From a virus (taxonomy: Duplodnaviria > Caudoviricetes), in IMG/VR virus record IMGVR_UViG_3300027782_000224, positions 1-33,228 of that record: DNA of 33,228 nt. One strand, written 5' to 3'. This document shows positions 1-8,440 of the stretch, piece by piece; position 1 is the stretch's first letter; every line of letters begins with the position of its first letter. The notes under the pieces were generated by a model, which searched no databases, was not told the origin of the DNA, and was given only the letters and a program-made list of their open reading frames with translations. The position numbers and the translations under genes were made by a program.

Positions 1-3000
1 TCATAAATTCCACCAGTAATTCTTGCATTACCCTGAACATGTAGTTTTTGTGTTGGACTTGTGGTTCCTATACCGATATTTCCACTATAAGCACCTAAAC
101 TTATTGTTCCATCAGCATTTACATCAATACTTGGAATACCAGAAACATCATTAACTGAGAAAATAGAACCTGATGTTAAGTTATTTGTAATAGAAAATAA
201 CTGACCAGCACTACCTTCCCAACTTAATGTTCCACTATTAAGTTCATATGCTTTTTGAGTAATATGTTGTCCTGTGGAAGACCCAGCAGCAACTAAAAGA
301 TTACCAAGAACATGTAGTTTTTGTAGTGGATTTGTGGTTGCAATACCTACATTACCAGAAACATAAGCACCACCAGTAACCTGAAGTGGTTGTGATGCTG
401 TTCCTGTAGATGTTGCTGCACCAACTATAAAAGTAGAATCATCTTTGAATAGGAAATTAGCATTTCCTGTTGCTGTATTAGAAGCATTTTTATATACAAT
501 TTGATTTGCAGAACCTGCAACAGGTCCAGTAAGACCTTGAGCACCTTGTGCTCCTGCAGTTCCTTGTGCACCTTGAGCACCTGCAGTTCCTTGAGCACCT
601 GCAGTTCCTTGTGCACCTTGTGCTCCTGTAGAACCTGTAGAACCTTGTGCTCCTGCAGTTCCTTGTGCACCTTGTGCTCCTGTAGAACCTGTAGAACCTT
701 GTGCTCCTGCAGTTCCTTGAGCACCTGCAGTTCCTTGAGCACCTGCAGTACCTTGAGCACCTGTAGAACCTGTAGAACCTTGTGCTCCTGCAGTACCTTG
801 AGCACCTTGTGCTCCTGCAGTACCTTGAGCACCTTGAGCACCAACAGAACCTTGTGCTCCTGCAGTACCTTGAGCACCTTGTGCTCCTGCAGAACCTTGT
901 GCACCTTGAGGTCCTTGGAATCCCTGGAATCCTTGAGCACCTTGAGCACCTGCAGAACCTTGAGCACCTTGTGGTCCTTGAGGTCCCCTAACACCAGTAA
1001 GAGTAATAGTCCAAGAAGATGCTGTAGTAGTTCCTAAGTTATAATCAGCAGCAATTGCAAATGTAGTTCCTCCGGTAATTGTAACAATACCTTCAAAAAG
1101 ATTTGCTGCAGTATTAATTGCTCTAACTCTATCACCAGTTACAAAAGCTCCCTGTTGGTTAGTTGTAAGGGTAATAGTACCTGTAGATGCTGGTGTTGCT
1201 GATGTAGTTGAGGTTACATTTGAATACCCAATACCTTGTGAACCTTGTGCTCCTGTAGAACCTTGTGCTCCTGTAGAACCTTGAGCACCTGCAGTTCCTT
1301 GTGCACCTTGAGCACCAACAGAACCTTGTGCTCCTGTAGAACCTTGAGCACCTGCAGTTCCTTGAGAACCTTGTGCTCCTGCAGTACCTTGAGAACCTTG
1401 TGCTCCTGCAGCACCTTGAGCACCTTGAAGTCCTTGGAATCCTTGAGCACCTTGTGCACCTGTTGCACCTTGTGCTCCCACAGCACCTTGAGCACCTTGT
1501 GGTCCTTGGAATCCTTGGGAACCTTGAGCTCCTACAGAACCTTGTGCACCTTGAAGTCCTTGGAATCCTTGGGCACCTTGTGCACCTGTAACACCTTGAG
1601 CACCTTGAGCACCTTGAGGTCCCTGGAATCCTTGGAATCCTTGATTACCTTGTGCACCAACAGCACCTTGTGCACCTTGAGGTCCTTGGAATCCTTGGAA
1701 TCCTTGAGCACCTTGAGCACCCTGAGGTCCTTGGAATCCCTGGAATCCTTGAGCACCTTGTGCACCTTGAGGTCCTTGGAATCCTTGTGCACCTTGAGCA
1801 CCCTGAGGTCCCTGGAATCCCTGGAATCCTTGAGCACCTTGTGCGCCTTGAGGTCCTTGGAATCCTTGTGCACCCTGAGGTCCTTGAGGTCCTTGAGGTC
1901 CTTGGAATCCTTGTGCACCTTGAGGTCCTTGTGGTCCCCTTGCACCTTGTGCTCCTGCAGTTCCTTGAGATCCTTGTGCTCCTGCAGTACCTTGTGCACC
2001 TTGTGCTCCTATTGCACCTTGAGCACCAACAGAACCTTGAGCACCAACAGAACCTTGTGCTCCTGCAGCACCTTGAGCACCTTGAGGTCCTTGAGTACCT
2101 TGAGCACCTGTAGAACCTTGAGCACCTGCAGTTCCTTGAGCACCTGTAGAACCTTGTGCTCCTGCAGAACCTTGTGCTCCTGTAGAACCTTGAGCACCTG
2201 CAGTTCCTTGAGAACCTTGTGCTCCTGCAGTTCCTTGAGCACCCTGAGGTCCTTGGAATCCCTGGAATCCTTGGGCACCCTGAGGTCCTTGGAATCCTTG
2301 GAATCCTTGTGCACCAACAGCACCTTGTGCACCTTGAGGTCCTTGGAATCCTTGAGCACCTTGAGGTCCCTGGAATCCTTGGAATCCTTGTGCACCTTGA
2401 GGTCCCTGGAATCCTTGGAATCCTTGTGCACCTTGAGGTCCTTGGAATCCTTGTGCACCTTGAGGTCCCTGGAATCCTTGGAATCCTTGTGCTCCTGCAG
2501 TACCTTGAGCACCTTGAGGTCCTTGGAATCCTTGAAATCCTTGAGCACCTTGTGCACCTTGTGCACCCTGAGGTCCTTGTGGTCCCTGGAATCCCTGGAA
2601 TCCTTGAGGTCCTTGGAATCCTTGTGGTCCTTGGAATCCTTGAGCCCCTTGTGGTCCTTGGAATCCTTGAGCACCTTGAGCACCTTGAGGTCCTTGGAAT
2701 CCTTGAGCACCTTGAGGTCCTTGGAATCCTTGAGCACCTTGAGGTCCTTGGAATCCTTGAGCACCTTGTGCTCCTGTTGCACCTTGTGCTCCTGTAGAAC
2801 CTTGAGCACCTGTAGAACCTTGAGCTCCTTGAGAACCTTGAGGTCCCTGGAATCCCTGGAATCCTTGTGGTCCCTGGAATCCTTGTGCACCTTGTGCTCC
2901 TGCAGTTCCTTGAGCACCCTGAGGTCCTTGGAATCCCTGAAATCCTTGTGGTCCCTGGAATCCTTGTGCACCCTGAGGTCCTTGGAATCCCTGGAATCCT

Positions 3001-5984
3001 TGAGCACCTTGTGCACCTGCAGTACCTTGAGCACCTTGTGCTCCTGTTGCTCCCTGAGCACCTTGAGGTCCTTGGAATCCTTGTGCACCTTGTGGTCCTT
3101 GGAATCCCTGAAATCCTTGAGCACCTTGTGCACCCTGAGGTCCTTGTGGTCCCTGGAATCCTTGGTTTCCTTGTGCTCCTATTGCACCTTGTGCTCCTGT
3201 AGAACCTTGAGCACCTGTAGAACCTTGAGCACCTGTAGAACCTTGAGGTCCCTGGAATCCCTGGAATCCTTGTGGTCCCTGGAATCCTTGTGCACCTTGA
3301 GCTCCTGCAGTACCTTGAGCTCCTTGAGGTCCTTGGAATCCCTGGAATCCTTGAGCACCTTGTGCACCTTGGGGTCCTTGTGGTCCTTGGTATCCTTGGA
3401 ATCCTTGTGGTCCTTGGAATCCTTGTGCACCCTGAGGTCCTTGGAATCCCTGGAATCCTTGTGCACCCTGAGGTCCTTGGAATCCTTGAGCACCTTGAGC
3501 ACCTTGTGGTCCTTGGAATCCTTGTGCACCCTGAGGTCCTTGTGGTCCCTGGAATCCTTGGTTTCCTTGTGCTCCTATTGCACCTTGAGCACCAACAGAA
3601 CCTTGAGCTCCTGTAGAACCTTGAGCTCCTTGAGAACCTTGAGGTCCCTGGAATCCCTGGAATCCTTGAGCACCTTGAGGTCCCTGAAATCCTTGAGCAC
3701 CTTGAGGTCCCTGGAATCCTTGAGCACCTTGTGCACCTTGAGGTCCTTGTGGTCCCCTTGCACCTTGTGCTCCTGCAGTTCCTTGAGATCCTTGTGCTCC
3801 TGCAGTACCTTGTGCACCTTGAGGTCCTTGGAATCCTTGTGCACCTTGAGCACCTGTATCACCCTTATCTCCAGTTCTTGCAAATGTAATTAATACATCT
3901 GTATTTGAAAATGTAGTTACGCTTCCTGAAACATAAGCACAAGTGACATCATAGTAAGTGGTGTTATCAACTAATGATGCAATGGTATATAAAGCAAAAT
4001 TTTCTGGTGAAAACTTATTAGAAACTTTAAAGTGTCCTTTAATGGTTGATGTAGAATCATCAATAGTTTGTAAAAATGAATCTAAATTAGTTGAGTTATC
4101 ATCAGTATCATTAATGTATAAATGAAGTGCTGTTGAAATATTTGAATCACTAAATCTTAAGTTACCTGTTCCTGGATTTGAGTTAGATGTTGATGAATCA
4201 AAGGTATAATCAAAAGTTTCTCCTCCAAAGTTACCATCTCTACCTTGAGCACCTTGTGCTCCTGTAGCACCTTGAGAACCTTGAGGTCCTTGTGGTCCCC
4301 TTGCACCTTGGAATCCTTGAGCACCTCTTGGTCCTGCTGCACCTTGAACAGAATCATCAAGTGAAATATAATCTATTTGTGTATAGTGATTAGTATTGCC
4401 AGCAGATACATGATAAAGCCTTGCAGAAACAATACCTGCATTAATAAATGGAGCACTATCAATAACGCCAGGTTGGAATTGTGTCCAAGTACTTAATCCG
4501 CTATAAACTTGAACAGTTTCCCATGCAGTTGTGTTCCAGTTATAAAGGTCAACATCAACAGTATGTCCTGAAGATTGTGGATAATTGACATTTAAAGATA
4601 ATCTATTGAATCTTACAACACTTGTAAATCCAACATTAACAATAAATCCTGGAGTAGTTGCAGTATCATAAACTCCAAAGAATCCACTAGTAGTGGTATA
4701 ATCACCAAAAGATGTAACACCTACTGGGTCTGAATTGGTACAATTAAGATTTGCACAAGTTCCATAACTTGGGTCTTTATAAATTGAAGTTGGTAAATAT
4801 ACTGTTGTTTCTGGTGTAGGTCCTTGAGGTCCTTGATATCCCTGAACACCTTGTGGTCCTTGGAATCCCTGGAATCCTTGTGCACCCTGAGGTCCTTGGA
4901 ATCCTTGAGCACCTTGAGCACCTTGTGGTCCTTGATATCCTTGTGCACCTTGAGCTCCTTGTGGTCCTTGAGGTCCAGTAGGTCCTACAGCACCAGCACT
5001 AATGGTAGTTTTGATATATGATTGTGTTCCATCCTCAAAATTAGTGGTTACTGTAATAGTTTGATTTCCTTGAGATGCTATTCTTATTGCATAAAGTTGG
5101 AAAATCAATCTATCAGTAATATTAAGTGTAGTTGCAGTTTGTGTAGTAACTGACCAACTATATTCAGTTAGAGTTGTATTTGTAAAATTCTCAGATAAAG
5201 CACTTGCAATAGTCGTAATACCAGTTCCATTAGATGCACATTTCTCAATAATCATATTGTATTGAACTGTTGCACTAGCCCCACCACCAGTAATAAATGT
5301 ATGAATAGTTGGAATATTGGTTCCTACTGGATAAGTTAAAACTCCAGGGGAGTTTGGTTCTGTAATAAAACTTGCAACTAATACAGGTACATTATCCTGT
5401 GTTAGTGATGTTGTAGCAGTTGATATTCCTCCAGTTGCTGGTTGTTCTAATGCTTTCTTATAACCATTAATGTCTGATGCTTGTGAATATGCAAAGTAAA
5501 AACTTCTTCCAGCATTTCCACCATCTTTACCTTGTGCTCCTTGAGGTCCTTGTGGTCCAATTGCACCTTGAGCACCTTGAGGTCCTACCTGTTGTTCAAA
5601 TGTAATGGTAGCAATACCAGAACCATTAGCAGTTGCAGTAACACCAGCACCTACAATATTCAATGCAGAAATACTATTTGCTGTTCCTACAAGTATTCCT
5701 TCATCATATATGGTAAGACCAGTAATAGCACCTGCTGGAGCAGCACTTACCCAATCAAGTCCTGTTCCTGTAGATGATAATACTTGTCCTAAACTTCCAG
5801 CATCATTGTTTTTATCATATAATACACCTCTAACCCTTAATCCACCATTAACATCTAAGTCAGTAGAAGCAACAGTAGTTCCTATACCAACCTTACCAGT
5901 AACATCTATTACTGTTTGTGATTCTGTATAAGAACTAATTCCTACTTTTAAATTTTTTTGCCTACCACTTAGATTTTTTGCCAT
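1..5984 (-). CDS. Giant collagen-like tail fibre/appendage protein, >=1994 aa, runs off the left edge (not in the ORF track)
   Basis: ATG at 5982-5984 gives MAKNLSGRQKNLKVGISSYTESQTVIDVTGKVGIGTT. The same frame reads GNIGIGTTSPTQKLHVQGNARITGGIY at the left edge. Five Gly-X-Y blocks are separated by globular segments, and GIGTT fibre motifs occur at both ends. Confidence 0.93.
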   Translation of the reverse strand, partial: MAKNLSGRQKNLKVGISSYTESQTVIDVTGKVGIGTTVASTDLDVNGGLRVRGVLYDKNNDAGSLGQVLSSTGTGLDWVSAAPAGAITGLTIYDEGILVGTANSISALNIVGAGVTATANGSGIATITFEQQVGPQGAQGAIGPQGPQGAQGKDGGNAGRSFYFAYSQASDINGYKKALEQPATGGISTATTSLTQDNVPVLVASFITEPNSPGVLTYPVGTNIPTIHTFITGGGASATVQYNMIIEKCASNGTGITTIASALSENFTNTTLTEYSWSVTTQTATTLNITDRLIFQLYAIRIASQGNQTITVTTNFEDGTQSYIKTTISAGAVGPTGPQGPQGAQGAQGYQGPQGAQGAQGFQGPQGAQGFQGFQGPQGVQGYQGPQGPTPETTVYLPTSIYKDPSYGTCANLNCTNSDPVGVTSFGDYTTTSGFFGVYDTATTPGFIVNVGFTSVVRFNRLSLNVNYPQSSGHTVDVDLYNWNTTAWETVQVYSGLSTWTQFQPGVIDSAPFINAGIVSARLYHVSAGNTNHYTQIDYISLDDSVQGAAGPRGAQGFQGARGPQGPQGSQGATGAQGAQGRDGNFGGETFDYTFDSSTSNSNPGTGNLRFSDSNISTALHLYINDTDDNSTNLDSFLQTIDDSTSTIKGHFKVSNKFSPENFALYTIASLVDNTTYYDVTCAYVSGSVTTFSNTDVLITFARTGDKGDTGAQGAQGFQGPQGAQGTAGAQGSQGTAGAQGARGPQGPQGAQGAQGFQGPQGAQGFQGPQGAQGFQGFQGPQGSQGAQGSTGAQGSVGAQGAIGAQGNQGFQGPQGPQGAQGFQGPQGAQGAQGFQGPQGAQGFQGFQGPQGAQGFQGPQGFQGYQGPQGPQGAQGAQGFQGFQGPQGAQGTAGAQGAQGFQGPQGFQGFQGPQGSTGAQGSTGAQGSTGAQGAIGAQGNQGFQGPQGPQGAQGAQGFQGFQGPQGAQGFQGPQGAQGATGAQGAQGTAGAQGAQGFQGFQGPQGAQGFQGPQGFQGFQGPQGAQGTAGAQGAQGFQGPQGFQGFQGPQGSQGAQGSTGAQGSTGAQGATGAQGAQGFQGPQGAQGFQGPQGAQGFQGPQGAQGAQGFQGPQGAQGFQGPQGFQGPQGFQGFQGPQGPQGAQGAQGAQGFQGFQGPQGAQGTAGAQGFQGFQGPQGAQGFQGPQGAQGFQGFQGPQGAQGFQGFQGPQGAQGFQGPQGAQGAVGAQGFQGFQGPQGAQGFQGFQGPQGAQGTAGAQGSQGTAGAQGSTGAQGSAGAQGSTGAQGTAGAQGSTGAQGTQGPQGAQGAAGAQGSVGAQGSVGAQGAIGAQGAQGTAGAQGSQGTAGAQGARGPQGPQGAQGFQGPQGPQGPQGAQGFQGPQGAQGAQGFQGFQGPQGAQGAQGFQGPQGAQGAQGFQGFQGPQGAQGAQGFQGFQGPQGAQGAVGAQGNQGFQGFQGPQGAQGAQGVTGAQGAQGFQGLQGAQGSVGAQGSQGFQGPQGAQGAVGAQGATGAQGAQGFQGLQGAQGAAGAQGSQGTAGAQGSQGTAGAQGSTGAQGSVGAQGAQGTAGAQGSTGAQGSTGAQGSQGIGYSNVTSTTSATPASTGTITLTTNQQGAFVTGDRVRAINTAANLFEGIVTITGGTTFAIAADYNLGTTTASSWTITLTGVRGPQGPQGAQGSAGAQGAQGFQGFQGPQGAQGSAGAQGAQGTAGAQGSVGAQGAQGTAGAQGAQGTAGAQGSTGSTGAQGTAGAQGTAGAQGTAGAQGSTGSTGAQGAQGTAGAQGSTGSTGAQGAQGTAGAQGTAGAQGAQGTAGAQGAQGLTGPVAGSANQIVYKNASNTATGNANFLFKDDSTFIVGAATSTGTASQPLQVTGGAYVSGNVGIATTNPLQKLHVLGNLLVAAGSSTGQHITQKAYELNSGTLSWEGSAGQLFSITNNLTSGSIFSVNDVSGIPSIDVNADGTISLGAYSGNIGIGTTSPTQKLHVQGNARITGGIY
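519..995 (-). repeat. Collagen Gly-X-Y block, ~53 triplets, rich in GAQ/GTA/GST
   Basis: 9-nt periodic sequence running from GVR-GPQ (Gly codon 993-995) to GLT-GPV (Gly codon 525-527). Confidence 0.9.
1233..3872 (-). repeat. Main collagen block, ~293 Gly-X-Y triplets ([15 protein letters not shown])
   Basis: The first Gly codon (3870-3872, GDK) and last Gly codon (1233-1235) are 2637 nt = 293 x 9 apart. No break in register was seen on reading. Confidence 0.88.
4224..4346 (-). repeat. Short collagen block (~13 triplets)
   Basis: [37 protein letters not shown]; bounds approximate. Confidence 0.85.
4818..4986 (-). repeat. Short collagen block (~18 triplets)
   Basis: [18 protein letters not shown]...; bounds approximate. 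Confidence 0.85.
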
Positions 5985-5986
5985 TT

Positions 5987-6328
5987 TTAATTAAGAGTTT
6001 CCAGAACGCTTCCAACAAATTCTAAATTACTTCCATTACTACCAGATAAAATCAATGCATCACCACTTTCAAGAACAAGTTTTCCAGATAAAAGATTGGA
6101 AGTATCATTTCCAGAAATTGGAAAGTTTTTTGCTAATCTTGTGGTAACTGCTATTCCAGCAGTTGTTCTTTGATGAGATAATGTAATATCTTGTGATGTT
6201 GAACCTATATTTGCTACTTGTGCTAACAAAACAACTCCAGTATATCCAACAGGAGCTGTGTATATCCCAACTGGACTTGTTGATACTACTGTAGTTAGTG
6301 TCTTAAAGACATTTAATGCTAATGCCAT
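5987..6328 (-). CDS. Small beta-rich virion protein (113 aa), paralog of 15390..15791
   Basis: MALALNVFKT...GYTGVVLLAQVANIG...GKLVLE...LETLN aligns by eye with the 133-aa protein. Confidence 0.85.
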   Translation of the reverse strand: MALALNVFKTLTTVVSTSPVGIYTAPVGYTGVVLLAQVANIGSTSQDITLSHQRTTAGIAVTTRLAKNFPISGNDTSNLLSGKLVLESGDALILSGSNGSNLEFVGSVLETLN

Positions 6329-6332
6329 TTTA

Positions 6333-8195
6333 TTATTCTCCTCCTAGTGCTAAGATAAATGGGGTCATAGTTGAAAATAAACTTTTAGAATAAAATTTAC
6401 CAGATATAGTTCCTGTTTGTTGGTTGACCACAACACCATCACCAATTCTAAAATTACCTGATTGATCTGTACTTGTAAAAACAACTAGACCACCATTTCT
6501 TCCATCAGTTTCATTTGCTTGAATTGCAACACCACCAGTAGAAGGAAGACAAGTTGCAATTGTTGTTCCTGAACCAATATATTCTAAAGAATGACCTGAT
6601 GCTAATACCCTACTTTGTTTAAAGAATGGAACTGTTGTTCCAAGACCAACAGCATAAGGAACATTTTCATTTACTGTAATAGTACAAATCCCAGAAGAAA
6701 TGGGTGTTGATGATTTAATAGCATAATAAGTTGGAACTAATGCAACAGTAGCTGTTGCAGTATTTATCCCACTATTAGGAGCACTAATTGTAATTGTTGG
6801 AGGAATGTTACTATATCCTCTTCCATTAGATACCATTTCAATTCCAGTCACAGAACCATTAGAAATACTTGCAACAGCAGTTGCACTTACTCCCCAAGAT
6901 GTTGCTGGTGAAGAAATAGTAACTGTTGGTGTTGATGTATAACCTGTTCCCCCAGAACCAACTATAATATTATCTACTGTATAATATAAAGTTTCAAAAT
7001 AAACTACTTGTCCATCATAAGGTCTAATAACATTAATTTTAGCAGTTCCACCAGATACATAAACTTGATTTGGAGTTGTTGATACTCCAACATTACAAGT
7101 AAATTGATTTAATGCTGGGATAGATTTAACCTCAAATACATATCCTTTATCACCTGAAGGATATGTTACAGAACCACCAATACCAGTACAAGTAAAATTT
7201 AATCCATTTAAAGTAACACCCATTCCAACACTAAAGTTGTGATTGGATGAAGTTGTAATAGTAATTAATCCTGTTGTATTGTTATAAACTGCAGTTGAAA
7301 TGCCTAAAGTTGGAACATTTAAATCTAATACAAAAGTATCTGCATTTGCTGCTGCAGCACTGGTAATAATTCCTGTATATTTTCTTGGTCCTATGCCATC
7401 TGCAACAAGAGCATAATTACCAAAAGAAGAGTTTGAGTTTGTTAAATCACAAGCAGCACCAGAACCACAAAAAACAGCAGTATCATTACAAATTGTAAAT
7501 AATGAAACTAACTGAGCATATCCTTCATTTGTAATTGAAACTCCAATACCACCTTGATTGTATTGTGTATAAGAGTCAAGAACCATAGATTTTAATGGTC
7601 CAATAGCATTATTACCATCAATCTTCAGACCAGTGCTATTAGGAATAAAGTTAGTGCAGTTCTGAACATAAGGAGATTGTGCAACATATCTAATAGCACT
7701 TGGATCAAAAGAAAAAATAGCACCAGTATTTGCTGCCCCAACAAAGGACATTTCAGCAATATAATTTCCAGCACCAACATAAAAAAGGTCTCCAGTATTT
7801 TGTGGAGTTATTGTAACTTCTCTTAAACTATCTCCTACAATGCTTACTTGGTCAGGTAAAGTTATTGGATTATTTTCTAAGTAAGTTCCAGCACTAACCT
7901 TAATAACTGTTCCTGCTGTTGCAATTCCAACTGCTCCTGAGATAGTTGCTTTTGCATCTCCAAGTTTTTTTCCTGTGTTTGTATCTGATCCGTCTCTTGT
8001 AACATATAAAATATTAGTAACAGTTGTTCCAGCACCTAATCTTACGATATCTGTGCCTATACCAGTTCTTTCTCTACGAGCATATAACTCTGCATCATAA
8101 GTGTTTAATCCCAGTTCTCCCAAAGGCAAGTCATTTACCGTTGGTCTCTTTCCAGGAACTGCAGATCGTTTAATTCTAATTATAGGTGCAGCCAT
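6333..8195 (-). CDS. Virion structural/fibre protein (620 aa): Mtd_N-like N-terminus plus pectin-lyase-like beta-helix
   Basis: N-terminal IRIKRS...PT...L.LGELGLNTYD. YVTRDGSDTNTG...KATI...VIKVSAGTY.E is typical of a beta-helix start. SD GAGGA lies upstream. Confidence 0.8.
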   Translation of the reverse strand: MAAPIIRIKRSAVPGKRPTVNDLPLGELGLNTYDAELYARRERTGIGTDIVRLGAGTTVTNILYVTRDGSDTNTGKKLGDAKATISGAVGIATAGTVIKVSAGTYLENNPITLPDQVSIVGDSLREVTITPQNTGDLFYVGAGNYIAEMSFVGAANTGAIFSFDPSAIRYVAQSPYVQNCTNFIPNSTGLKIDGNNAIGPLKSMVLDSYTQYNQGGIGVSITNEGYAQLVSLFTICNDTAVFCGSGAACDLTNSNSSFGNYALVADGIGPRKYTGIITSAAAANADTFVLDLNVPTLGISTAVYNNTTGLITITTSSNHNFSVGMGVTLNGLNFTCTGIGGSVTYPSGDKGYVFEVKSIPALNQFTCNVGVSTTPNQVYVSGGTAKINVIRPYDGQVVYFETLYYTVDNIIVGSGGTGYTSTPTVTISSPATSWGVSATAVASISNGSVTGIEMVSNGRGYSNIPPTITISAPNSGINTATATVALVPTYYAIKSSTPISSGICTITVNENVPYAVGLGTTVPFFKQSRVLASGHSLEYIGSGTTIATCLPSTGGVAIQANETDGRNGGLVVFTSTDQSGNFRIGDGVVVNQQTGTISGKFYSKSLFSTMTPFILALGGE

Positions 8196-8255
8196 TCATC
8201 CTCATAGTTGGTATATACCCTAAAGAACCCTTATATAAGAGTTCTAGTTATTTAT
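8196..8255 (-). promoter_or_regulatory. T4-type late promoter (ATAAATA, 8249-8255) followed by a structured leader
   Basis: Near-perfect 22-bp palindrome at 8224-8245, perfect GGTATATACC palindrome at 8210-8219, SD GAGGA at 8199-8203. Confidence 0.7.
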
Positions 8256-8440
8256 TCAAAATCTCCTTCAGATTTTACTCCTCTTTTAGGTTTCTTCAAT
8301 TTTTCATTTTCTGTAGTCAATTCACTTATTACAGATGATAAAGAAGTAATTTTAGCTTCATATATGATTACCTGATTAACAAATTCAGAAACCTTTTTTT
8401 GATATGTAGTTAACAAAGTTTGGTAATCAATATCATTCAT
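8252..8440 (-). CDS. Small coiled-coil protein (62 aa)
   Basis: Heptad-like YEAKITSLSSVISELTTENEKLKK; start overlaps the stop of the upstream gene. Confidence 0.75.
   Translation of the reverse strand: MNDIDYQTLLTTYQKKVSEFVNQVIIYEAKITSLSSVISELTTENEKLKKPKRGVKSEGDFE

Noticed and set aside
519-3872. Possible CRISPR array or satellite DNA
   Set aside because: No constant repeat with unique spacers; strict codon periodicity inside an open frame.
425-5021. Many long ORFs in other frames, including the 882-aa plus-strand Cys/Ser/Leu ORF and the KVLKD/HLEVL ORFs
   Set aside because: Shadow frames of the 9-nt collagen repeat, which lacks stops in several frames. The real gene is the minus-strand Gly-X-Y frame.
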